A stretch of DNA of 64,000 nt from Auanema rhodensis. Lineage: Eukaryota > Animalia > Nematoda. The notes beneath the pieces were generated by a model, which worked only from the letters and a program-made list of their open reading frames with translations, was not told the origin of the DNA and did no database searches. Of this stretch, positions 29,101 through 41,786 are shown in pieces. The first letter of the stretch is position 1, and each line of letters begins with the position of its first letter. Location of the stretch: the NCBI GenBank assembly GCA_964057225.1, contig OZ059896.1:8122001-8186000 (forward strand), written 5' to 3'. Made by a program: the position numbers and the translations under genes.

Positions 29101-29883
29101 TAAAATAATATTTTAATACGTGAGATATAGCATATCACAAATTTATAATAGATTATAAAAAAATTTGAAAAAATATTTCAAACGAATTTTAATAAAATAT
29201 AGTTTAGAATGGAAGAAAACGATAAATATAAATATGATTCTAAAAAAATATACACTGAGAATGATATACGTTAAGTTCGGCAATTTCATGGGACGGATGA
29301 CCTATGTATGTTACAAATCAACCTATCATTCAATAATTATAAGAGAATTCATTGACTATACAATAAACTTTTTGATTATGATAATCAGTCAAGAAATTAT
29401 TTGTGAAATACTTTTTTTAATTAACAAAAATGTTATCTAGTTATTGGGTAAAGTGCATTTCGTGGAGGAGAATGAGGGGCAGAGGAGATAGTCCGCTTGT
29501 GTGTATGTGTCTGTGTATTTGTGAACGACGGAAGGAAAGGGAATGAATAAGAGTTGGTGTATGTATGTTAAAAGGGTTGAAATAGAATATATATTTAAGA
29601 GAATTAGAAGAAGAGAATTGAAAAAGAGAGTGCAGATGAGGAAGAACGAAAGAGGAATGAAGAGAGTAAAGAGACATGTTGTGGGAGGGGGGGGGGGGGT
29701 TATGTTGCCAACATCAACGACAACATTGGTCTCTGCAAATGAGATAGAAGGTATGATAGAATATGTTACTAAAGAAGAGCGAAAGAGATAGAGAAAAAAG
29801 GAGGTAGATTGAAAGAGCAGACGGGGATAAAGATAAAATAGAACCAGATAGAAAGAGATCTGAATGAAAATATGAGAAATATA

Positions 29884-29968
<85 letters not shown>
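29884..29968. repeat. (AG)n microsatellite
   Basis: Direct reading of the sequence. Confidence 0.95.
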
Positions 29969-30491
29969 AAAAAGATGAAAAGGTTGGAGCAGAAGTAGAA
30001 GATAAGGATCCCAATGAAGGAGACTATGAGAACAATATACTAATCATATAATTAAGGTTTCAATAACCGATTATTAATTTTTTTAAATTTCAAGTATAAT
30101 ATTTGGTTATTAAGATGAGAAAAGATTATTAAGAAAATTTGAAGAATATTTTGAAGAAATAGTAATAATTGAATTAACTAACAACTATAGAGACTTTATA
30201 ATATAATATATGTATGTATATATATATTATAATAATATAATACAATTGTCATTTTAAGCAATTGAAATGTCACTATAATCATTTAGACAGTTAATATTTT
30301 ATTGAAATATTATCATCATCATCATCTTCTAGTAATATTATATAATATAACTATATTAATAATTCTAAATATAGTTAAGATTATACGTTTGTATCTGAAG
30401 ATGAAATCTGCTTTCCATAAATTTTATTCATTTTAATAAGGGAAATATTATTCTTTATATAAATATTTATATAATTTGATATATTTAATCT

Positions 30492-30533
<42 letters not shown>

Positions 30534-31030
30534 AGAAAAGATTTCTTAAACGAAATTATTAAGAAGAAATTGTTTTGTTTTCAACAAAAAAATTATAAAT
30601 AGCTTAATCAATTTGATAAAAATTAAAAGTTTAAATAGAAGCGTATGTAAGCTATAAGAAAACTAAGAAGAAATGACGTTTTTCTTTCTCAAAAGATATC
30701 TTAAGATCATCGAACAAACCGTCATCATAGTCATTCTTAACGGTTTCATGATGTCATCGTATTTTCCTATAGTTATCGAATAAATGAAACATTTCATTTT
30801 CTTAAGAATATTAAAAAAATATAATTAATATTATAATTAATTTATATAAATATAATAATTATATTATATATAAAATAATTAATAGGTATTATATAATAAG
30901 AAGTAACAACTAATAGGAAACCAATGTTAAAGACTTAGATCATCAAAATGTATTATTACAGATATTTTTATCTTCTTTTTTTTTGAAATATTTATTTGGG
31001 TGCATCCCCTTTTCTCTATCTTTCCTTTAA

Positions 31031-31054
31031 TCTCTCTCTTTATTTATCTCTCTT

Positions 31055-31091
<37 letters not shown>

Positions 31092-31119
31092 TTATCTCTC
31101 TCTCTCTCTATCTTCTCTC
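31031..31119. repeat. Imperfect (TC)n microsatellite
   Basis: Direct reading of the sequence. Confidence 0.9.
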
Positions 31120-32345
31120 ATATACACTAGTTTACTTTCAACCACCAAAGAAAGTTTATGACCCGAAGTAGAGAAGAATGGAAACATGGATACCCTGTAC
31201 CTAATGCTGAGACTTTTGGAAAATCGTTATGTTCTTCGTATGTTAACATCAACTTCATCTCATGCATGCTACTTCATTTCCTGTCGACAGTTTGGGAGCC
31301 GAGTGAAGAGAAGACTTTTACATGTTTCTCTCTCAGTTCATTATTTCTCTCAATCTCTTGTTAGTACCTGTCTCATTCAATGTTGTTCTCTTTCATTCTC
31401 CCTCTCTTAGATTTTCCTCGAGCACACAGTTAGTCGGTCTCTTCCGTTTGAAGTGGGTCCTCTATCTTTTCCAACTTGCCTAACATAATCCCCTTCTGCA
31501 ATCATCACAATCTTCATCTAAGTCTCAACATCATTATTAGCTTCATGAATTGTACCTTTCATGTCGTTTTCAACTTTTTTTTTATTTGCATGCCATTATC
31601 TGAAGTCATTTTATCTCTCACGTCTTCTATTGACGATATAAACATCTCAATCCCTTTAACGTTCAATTTTCATTGTGTGCTTCCCTTTGCCAACTAACAT
31701 ACACACCTGTCCACCCACATATATTGTTAACCTCTACTTTCATTTTCCACGTTTACCACGTGACATTTTATTTTTATCTATCTTTAAATAGTTCTCTCAA
31801 TCATTTCTTTTCCCTCATACCATTTGATCAAAATGTGAAACTTTACAATTTAATATTTTAAAACTGGTTGTAAATCCAATACTAAATGTTATAATTAGTA
31901 TAACCAATTACAGTTACATATATATTAAATATTCTGATGTAATTGAGTTATTCCATTCTATATTCTACAACTACTATGACTATTTTTCTCAAAAGTTTTG
32001 TAAGTTCTTCAATATCTACAAAAGCCATCTGATCGAGCAGTTTTCAGCTGCAAAAATCATATTCAAATATGTCAACTTCAAGACTTCAAGTCAATAGTTG
32101 ACATTTTTCAAAGAATAAATTTTTATTTCTTTTTCTTTTTCTAAAATATATATATCAATCAAATCTTTTTGTTTTTCAAATTTATAATAAATGCATGTAA
32201 ATGGTCGATATTCTTCTGAAGGCCATCAGAAGGGCAGAGACCGTCAATGTCTATTTGACGTCAATGAGCCATGTAAACAATGCATTTGAAATTCCACATT
32301 GATGATATGAAAGTTAGAGTAAAAAGCCTTAACCATATACATATA

Positions 32346-32589
32346 CAGTCCTGTGCGAAATAGTTGGGACAAACACAGTACTCTCTCGTATGCTATGAAA
32401 CAAACTACAAATGACTCAGAAAAAATAGTATGAATATGAAAGACTCCATAGCATCAATCAAGGAGTTTTTTAATCAATATGTTGCTACTTCAACCTGAAA
32501 ACTAAATTAAATTTTTTGATTGGTTTGTAGTTTGAGTTTCGCCGTCTGGCCTCTCTTTTTGGTTGTCCCAACTATTTCGCACAGGACTG
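32346..32589. mobile_element. 244-bp non-autonomous Tc1/mariner-type MITE
   Basis: Perfect 27-bp TIRs CAGTCCTGTGCGAAATAGTTGGGACAA (32346-32372) and its reverse complement (32563-32589). TA target duplication on both sides, CAGT terminus as in Tc1/Tc3, internal IR CAAACTACAAA/TTTGTAGTTTG, no transposase. Confidence 0.92.
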
Positions 32590-34342
32590 TATGTATCAAT
32601 TGTATGAGCAATTTTTAAAATATATACATGTATGTATATATATATATATTATTCTGAAATATATTGTGTCATTCGTATTTTTTATATAAATGACAAAAAA
32701 ATATCATCATCACACAATTTTCTTTCCTACAATTTGCTCACAATTACAACAATTTTGAGAGCAAATATTCAGAATAGAACAAATTTCCACAACTATTTTA
32801 ATTTGTTTTAGCAGTATTTTTCACTCAATCTGTATGTCTACTGAATATCTTCAAACTTTTGAAGTATAATGAATCTAATTATCCAGTTTTTCTTAGGTGA
32901 TGGTGTGAAGTACGAAATATATTAACTATAACTAATCGAACATTTTTAGTTGAAATCACGAAAGCAATTATTTCGTACCTTTTTCTCGATATATCTGCAA
33001 AATAGACAGATTCCCTTAATATCTGTATAAAAGCTAGATTCATAAGATTTAGACATTTCTGTTGCCATGGGAATGCGAATTCTCTCACATACACATACAT
33101 ACATGCACATACCTCTAGGCACGGATATCCGTAGATTCGTCTACTTTCAAGAACTTTTAAGAATAAAGTTCAAAACCTGACGTTCAGAGACGATGAAAAT
33201 GAAAAATAAAAGTTATTTATTCATAAAATCTTATTATGTTTCTGGAGAACATTCGTTTATATAGTATATTTAACACATAAATATTAATATATACGAATAT
33301 ATTTTCTATTTTATATATTAATATTAATATAACTATATATATATAGTTATATTAACTTAATATATATTTTTATTTATTTCTTTTTTTTCACATATATCTT
33401 CAATCATTCTTATGTTTCTTTTCTGATTTTTCTTCTATTTTTTTGAATCATTCATTCATACTCAATATTATATTTATATTCTCTATACCATATTGGATCA
33501 AGTTAAACAAGAACCAAATGAAATAGCCATTATTTATTTTTTGAAGCTTAAAATGATTTTTATTGTTTTTTTTTGTTGAATTCAGATCGATTTTAATGTT
33601 ATTTTTTGAGCATATGCACTATATTTCTTATCAAAAGTATTTGATACAATCCTATTTATTTTTTGATGAAAATTCGTAGTTGTGCGTGCGTAGGAACTTG
33701 GAACGCAGCTATAGAGCAAGTTAGAGCAAATATGCGTTCAACTATGTTTCTTCAACGTTATAAGCTGAATTTTCATTTGAAGCGAATGTCATGCCTGCCT
33801 CTAAAGAAAGAAACAGCTACTTATTGAAACTGGCAATACTTCTCTTGTATTTTCAAAGCATTTTCTACAAATGAAAATAACAATTCTATATCTTTTTCGT
33901 CTTTTAATTATAACATATAGTATAAATTAGCATAATTTTGCTACTACCTTAATACTATGATAACAATTTACTAATGACCTTTGTTTGATTTCTCGGTGTC
34001 ACAGCTCAAACAAATGAAGTTGAAATTAGTGATTAAAGCTTTGAATTTTTCTCAAAGTTTTCACATGAAACTATTTAATTAAGAGCTTATTAAGCACTGC
34101 AATTCAACTTTATTAACATTATTCTTGTAAGTTTTTTCACATAGTTAGCATGTTTACTATTCTTAAGCTTTCAGCATACTAGTTGAAGTTACTATATTTA
34201 CAGTTGAAAGCTTTTTTACATTTTATTTCATTTGATTCCTTCATGATTTCTTTCCGAATTGAAGAAAAATATAAATAAATATTTAACTTTTCTACACTAA
34301 TATAAACAAATGGCTTTTATTTTCCAATGTTGATCATGACAA

Positions 34343-34349
34343 TCATCAC

Positions 34350-34385
<36 letters not shown>
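34343..34385. repeat. (CAT)n trinucleotide repeat
   Basis: Direct reading of the sequence. Confidence 0.9.
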
Positions 34386-37300
34386 ATGATGTGATACTCT
34401 CACTTGTCTTCAATTATACTTACTGTTTCTCTTTCTCTTTCTCATTCTAGATCTTTTCTTTTCCTCATTTTTGTTCTCTTTTCATTTTGTTTTCTCACAT
34501 TTTCTTCGCATATACTATATTTCCAATTGCTTTTCAGTCTTTTCTTCTGCTCATACATGTATGTATTACCAAATTTGCAAAAAAAAAAATTTTCTTTTTG
34601 CTTGCAATCACCAGCTTTTTATTCTGTGTATTTGTTCCTATTTGGTTCGATTAAACAACTTCACAAACAGACTTCATAGAAATCGACAACAGAACCTCCA
34701 CGCCTCAAATCATCTCATATTCCTAACCATATTTTTCGTTCTCATTTCAGAAGAACAAGTGATATTACAACAAAAAAATCCATTTATAAATAGCATGAAC
34801 GATTCAACTTACTGATCTATTTTAAATTTATTCTTCGTTTACATTATCAAATCATGTTTTTCATATCAATATTATCTCTAACATAACATAAATTTTCAAA
34901 ATGAATTCATCAAACTTTTTTTTTCCGAAATAATTTTTATAAATTCAAAAACATTTAAACGAATATTTTTATTTATTTTAATTCTTAGAAACCAAACATC
35001 TTTCTTATCTTATCAATTAATTTTTGGATAATATTCCTTCTTTTCATATTTAATCCGCATAATTTGGAGTATCAATTCTCAAAAATTATATATTATATGT
35101 ATGAATGTCTTTACAATGCTAGAAGCAATACTCTTTTTTCATTTTAAATATATCCGGTTATATTTGATTAGGCCAGGTTGAAATAAAAAGACAACGAAAT
35201 AACGATACAGATAATAATTTCTCAACTCTGTTCTTTAATATATTCTAAATTATTTTTTTGTTTATTTATATGCTTAGCTATGAACAACTGCATTTTAGTA
35301 AGTAATTAAGCATTACTATATATAAGTAAATCTATACATATCTATATTATTTCTCTTTTAACAAAAATTCTATCTCATTGTTAACTAATATCTAAACAAA
35401 AAAAAAGGAATACAAGGTTCTGACATCATGCTAAAGTTTTTTATTGTATTTTCTCCAATTTACAAGCAAAAAAATCAACAATTCGCATACATATCTCGTC
35501 TTGTCATACAGAAATTTTTTGTTTCTGTTACTATTACGTGTCAACTATTTGATGAAGAGATTAAAACATTTTCACGGGGCAAATACAATTTAAAAGTTTG
35601 ATTTTTTGATGTTATTGTAACATTCAAAAATATTTCCGCAATTTTTTCAGAAACTTTTAAAGAAGAGTGGTTTCGGTTTTTTCATTGTTTACAATTTACT
35701 TTTTAATACATAATTAAACAATTAAATATGATATATTATACATATAGTATAACTATACATATTTTTAGTCTATATATCTATATATATATATATAAAGATA
35801 TATACAATGTTTAATTAATATATTATAATATGCTTTATATCCTTAGCGAATGTAATCTGAGCTTTTGGTTGGGCTATTCCTTGAAATTTAGAACAAACAT
35901 TCAAAACCTCAAAGGAATTCTTCTATTTGTATTTTCATTACTTTTCCTTCATATTTAGTATAATTAAATTGTTTTATAGTTACAATAATTTCTTTTTTTC
36001 ATTAATAGAAATATTTATTCTCTTACCTTTCTTTGAAAACAAATAGAAACAAAGAAAAAAAGGAATTTGAAATCCTAGAAAGAATTCAACCGCTCATCAA
36101 TGCTAGTCCGTTAGTAAAATAAAATAGTTTTCACGTAGCAAACACGTAAGTAGTTGCAACAACCAATTAAATTCCAAGACATTTCATGAAACTAAATATA
36201 AACTTTTTTTTTCTTTCAAACAATTCAAAAAAAAGTGTATCAAATTCTGAAATTGGATCAACTAAACTAATATTTCTCAGAATGAATATAATATAATTGA
36301 ATCTTTCAAATTGTATATGTATAGTTTAAAGTAAAATATACATTATTTTATTTTTTTTATAAAATATTATTTCATTGCCATAGTTATATTATCTAATATG
36401 CTTCATTAACAGTACTACTATTATATTGATATACTATTATATGTATTAATATAGTGTTATAATTCGTCTTTCTTATTACGATATATCAAAATTGTAGAAA
36501 TATGAGTTTAGAAAAGATTTCTAATTGAGAAACAACTTAAAACATATATAATCTATAATATTTATTATAAAATATATTATTTTAATGAACTTATCTATAA
36601 TACAAGCATCGTTTATAACTTAACCATTAATCTTTATCCAAATTCTAATTTATTTTAAAAGCTTTACTACGTATTATTATATTTGGAATTAGATATTCAT
36701 TCATCGTCAATTTACCTTAAAGATGAGATGATCCGTATAATGTTTTCTGATTATCAGATCATTTTAAGCTATCTTATTTGTCATGAATTTTTCATTTCAT
36801 ATTATCCTCGTTATACTCTATCATTTAATATTTCCACAATTTTCAAGCTGTATATCAAGTTTTATTTAAAACTTAATAGCATAGTTACTGTTAACATAAA
36901 AAATTATATAAATAATATATATATTTATATCACAGTATACTATATATATATATTCATTTCGAACTTATTTTTATGATAATATTTGGAAAACTATGGTTTC
37001 AATTTATTTATATTTGCATCTATATACATATGCATATATAGGTATATGTATATACATATGTCCTCCTACGCTATACTGTTATATCCAATTCCTATTTTCT
37101 TATTTCTGATTTGTTCTTCTTCTTCCTCTTCTTCACATTTTTTACTTTATTCATATAATAAAAAAATATTACAATATGACCAAATCGACAAAACTATGTG
37201 ATTCATAAACTGACATAGCATAACGTTGATAATGTTGATATCTTATTCTCTCAATACTAATGTGACAAACTCATGACGTATATAGATGTACGTCAAGTAT

Positions 37301-37920
37301 TTTCTCAGCATCATGGATTGAAACATAAGTTTTCATCCAAAAATATACAGCATGTTGTGAGTGTGTGTGTGCGAAGTTACATCAGCATCACTCTTTTTTC
37401 CTCTTCATTGTAATTGCGTCTATTCATCTTGCTCGTCGAAGAGATTCCGGAGAAATTACACGATAATCTCTAAAAATTACTGTTATAATTGAAGAATGTT
37501 TGTTCAATAGTTACAATCACATATACAAAGAATGAGACTTGTGACGACAATCTCTTGTTTGAAACTCAAATGCTGAATTTACGCAGCCTAGGCTTTAAGT
37601 AATAACATTAGCTTCATCATCATTCGTCATCATCGTTATCATGAACATCGTCATCATTTATTGTCTTCAGTCTCACATTGCTCAACCATATTCTTGTTAA
37701 AACAATTCGTTATCTTTCATGTTGTTCTATTAAACTAAAAGAAAAAAAACTGTGAACGATTATATTAACACAACATAATGTTTCTGCGGCGTCAGCACAA
37801 GGAATTAAATCTTCATTTGTTATATTAAACTTTCATCATTTTGTCTTGAATTGTTACTTTGACATCACTTTTTTCATAATCCATCCAATGCTGTATTAAC
37901 CAGATTCATTTCAGTAATAC

Positions 37921-39588
37921 ATGGCTTCTGAGCCAGAAACTCAATCAATCTTTCAAAAGATATGCTGTTGTTACAGTAGCACTTCAAAAGAGCCTCCAGT
38001 TGAATTAATAAGAAGTAAGAAATCATTATGTTATACGTCAAAATCAAAACAAATATATTAAAGCTCATTCGATTGCCGGGCCAACGACACAAGTAGCTAA
38101 AGAAAGCGTTGATGGATTTGAAGAGATTAACTTAGGTAGCAATATTTTCTTTCTTGAATACATGTATAAGATTTGGTTTTTCTCTTGATATATACATGTG
38201 CTTATATGATAATCATGTTTATCATTATAGAGAATAGAACAAATGGTGTTGAAAGAACTAACGAATCTACTACTCTTCCTGCTGTGCAAGAAGTATCTGA
38301 GAAAGAAAAATCTATGAATGATGATTTTACTATTAACGATATCATGATGGATGAAATTTGCGGAGAAAATACTATTGATGATGAACATGAAGTTCCTTTG
38401 GTTGAGGTTAGTTGTTCCAATTCATGTTAAAATTCAAAACCAATCATGTTAAGGATGGAATTTCCATTCATACAAATGTAATAGAGGAGGTAGATGAGAA
38501 AGAACTGGAAATGATAAAGGAACAATCATTCAATACGGAACGGCAAAATATTAAGCAAGTTTCTGATGATACCCCAACTGAAACTGAGCGATCAACTGAA
38601 GAAAAAGTATCTATTAATCAAGTGCTCAAAGAGGTTGGCTTTCAAGCTTGAAACAACTTTGATAAATCGTTTTTAAGGGTTATGAATCCCCAGGTCGATC
38701 GGAAGAAGTAGTATTAGAAACCAAAAAAACTGCGGAATCATTGGAAAAGAAAGATTCAACACAGAATCCTTTGAAACCAGTGACTGAAAAAGAACATGAA
38801 AATGAGAAGCAGGAAGAAAAGAACCAGGTTTCTGGTTTTGATCAAAAATCATCAAAGGAAGATAGTGAGAATGCTGATGATAAGGAATCAGAAGAAGGTT
38901 TTTAATTTCATTTTTTCTGAAAGGATAACTAGTAAATGATATTTAGGAATTGTCGAAACATCTAGATCGTATTCCACAACTGATGTTGCTGCTTTGCTTA
39001 GTGCTCGACCAGACGATGACGATGATAGCGAAGATGAGATTCTCATAGAAAATGTGTCACGTAAGAAAATTTTAAAAATATTCATAAGATTTATGAGTTT
39101 TAGCTCGGGAAAATCAACCTGTTATTACTGTAAAAAGTCAATCAACAATGTATGCTGAATCATCAGATGGTGAGGAAGATGAAGAAGTAGAGGAAGCAGA
39201 GGAACTGGAAATTATAAGACCACCTCGACGGCCAAAATCCGCTTATACTAGTGATAGCGGAAGTCAAGAATCTGAGTCAGAAGGAGAAATTGAAGAAATT
39301 CACCCAGTTCCATCACCTCGTAGAATGATCTCAAGTCGAATAGATGAAAAAGCTGCATCTGAACCTGAAGCTTCGGACAAGGAGGAAGGAGTTGTAGAAG
39401 AAGTAGATAACTTGGAAAAGCCTATCAGTCTAGTGGTTATGAGTTCTGCTTCCGAGAAGGAAAACGAAGGTGTTACAAGACTCTCCGTTAAAAGTGATGG
39501 TCGAGCTGCCGTAGCAAATGGAAATGTACGAGTAGCCTTGGACATTAGAGATCTAACAGACGATGAATTTTCAGAACAATTAATTTAA
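37921..39588 (+). CDS. Uncharacterised acidic, low-complexity protein with an N-terminal Cys cluster
   Basis: TTTCAG acceptor, then MASEPETQSIFQKICCCYSS..; about 7 phase-consistent GT-AG exons, strongly E/D/S-rich, ending ALDIRDLTDDEFSEQLI*. Confidence 0.75.
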
Positions 39589-40161
39589 TTCATGCAAGAA
39601 GAGAATAAACTTTGGATGATAATTATCTCAAAACTTGGCTTCTTTACATTGGTTCCGAATGATAACCTGTAATTCTGTATTAATGGACAATCATCATTCA
39701 AACGTTTATCATCAAATTATCAGAAGACTAATGTTTTTCGGGTATCATGTCATAATTTTAACTTGCAGAATGCGTAGTTTATTCAAGCTTTTTATAAATT
39801 AATATTGTATATGTATGTAAGTATATTACTTTATATGCTTATATCAAAACCAAAAGATTATATATGTCATTCATCTTGCTACTATATATGCTCAATTAAA
39901 GTTACTAGTTAATAAAAATATATTTTGTTTATCATTTTCTTACGACACATTGAACAGACACACAACTATAACTGGAAAGTTTATAATTGTGTGTGAGTGA
40001 ACAGAATCACACATATGCAATTACCTCATGAAAATACCAGAAAAATAAATCACGAAAAATAGAATTCCCAAAAATTAAAAAAAAATAGAAAATCTAACAC
40101 TAAAGTCAAATTTGGAACAAATAAAAAAATTAATGGAACAAAAGGACCCGAAACCTTGACA

Positions 40162-40931
40162 CTACTGAAACTGGTGACCAATTCTTCTACGACGTTCATT
40201 ATTGGGAGCTTTCGTTCTGTCGATTGTAGAATCGAAAAATCGTGCTAAAGCCATGGATGTCGAAGATCCAGGAGGAATTTGTTTTCGACAATCCACATTA
40301 ATTCTGAACAAAGAAAGTACAGGTGAAAGTAGTGGTAAGAAAACAAATTGAAACCTGTCGTACGCTAGAGGTCCACGATGAGGAGCTAGATCTAATTTGC
40401 ATCCAACAATAAGCACAGGGATATGACATGATTCTATATCAGCACTGATAGTTCTAGTTGAACCAACAGGTCTTGATTTACCATCAAGCAATGAAAGCCA
40501 TTGTCCTAGATTCTAAACCATTTATGATAATTTTGTAGGACATTTGGAATATAGACCTCCTCGCTTTTCTTATTGCTTAAATCGTGAACTAAAATAGCAC
40601 CGGCTGCTCCATCTAGCAGGACCTGAGATGCGCTACGATGAGCTAAAGTACCTCCTATATCCCATAATTCCATAAGTTCAGAACGTTGTTCAGCAGTTCC
40701 TTAATTGATATAGATACAGGAAATTATTATAAATATACCTGCTCTATATTCATGCCAGGCCATACATATTGAAACCCCAATAGTGCTCGGAAATCCTTGT
40801 CCTGGCCTAAAATTCTGACTTATAACACATCAAGGATAAATCGCATCATACTTTCCAGCTACCGAATTTACAAAAGAAGTTTTTCCAACCTCACTTTCAC
40901 CAAGTACAATGATTTTCGTTGATGACGACAT
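40162..40931 (-). CDS. RABL3: Rab-like GTPase 3
   Basis: MSSSTKIIVLGESEVGKTS (P-loop), STIG, ELWDIGG, ILVHDLSNKKSEENLGQW, PVLIVGCKLD; no CAAX; 5 exons. Confidence 0.9.
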
Positions 40932-41507
40932 TAGTTCTTCTACAAAAAATCATCAAATCAAGCAACAAAAAAAAATTATTACATTTTTAATAACTTCTAA
41001 GCACAAAGAGCACGATCCGCACTCGAAAATTCCAACGTCAACTATTTGACTGACTTGTTCAGGTGTAATCAAAAAATTGTCTCCACAGCGACAAAGTTCT
41101 TCTATAAAAATTATCAACTGCATACGAAGTAACTGTATGACCAACCAATAAAATCTTCGTCTTCGTCAATCTCGATTGATTCTCCGATAGTTCCCTTATG
41201 TTCTCTTAAACGCTGTTCAATAATCCAATTATCGTATTCTTCACGACGATTTTTATCCTACAAAAAAAATAAAACGATGAAAAAAAATTATAATAAACTT
41301 TCAAAGTGTTCCAAATTAATGTAGCTTGTCCAACAGCAGTAGCGTCACAATCTTCGTGTTGTTTGTCTGGATGAACCTAAAACTATATCAACTTATGATA
41401 ATTTGATAACTATTTCTAACCTTTCTTAAATAGGCGAAATACGCTTTTTTTATTACGTCTAATGTAGCAGATTCTTCAATTCCAAGGATATCATAAAAAC
41501 TAAGCAT
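40931..41507 (-). CDS. DNAJC24: DPH4/DNAJC24 J-domain + CSL zinc-finger diphthamide biosynthesis co-chaperone
   Basis: MLSFYDILG..IKKAY..HPDK J-domain, CRCG and CGSCSL zinc finger. The inferred last intron 40982-40940 gives ..LEVIKNKN* (TAA 40933-40931); without it the ORF stops at 40953. Confidence 0.9.
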
Positions 41508-41786
41508 TACGCTAACATATCTAGGAATAGATAGTTAGAAGTATTTTTCAGAATGATCGAGAGATATCATAATTGCTTCGACAATTTCTAATATTTTGAG
41601 TAAAGTATAAGCATGTAAATATTCATTAGATGAAGAATGAAGGTATTTCGAGACAAATAATACAAATACCTGAGATCAAAATGGGGATAAAGAATCTGAC
41701 TAAGACATTTTCTACACGTAGAATTAAAATTTCAAAAAAATTAAAAATTATGAGTAAACTAATGAGGTCTTTGGAGAGTACACATT

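Noticed and set aside
32213-32232. Near-palindrome CTTCTGAAGGCCATCAGAAG as a programmed DNA elimination break motif
   Set aside because: Single short instance, no telomeric TTAGGC arrays in the window, and I cannot match it to a defined consensus.
33667-33775. Possible pre-miRNA hairpin
   Set aside because: Only scattered 7-9 bp complementarities and no continuous ~22-bp stem.
40929-41000. DPH4-RABL3 fusion protein by splicing or -1 frameshifting
   Set aside because: Fusion needs a phase-1 donor, but the available GT donors are phase 0 or 2. The only slippery-like site (T AAA AAT) is followed at once by a -1-frame TAA in the spliced mRNA.
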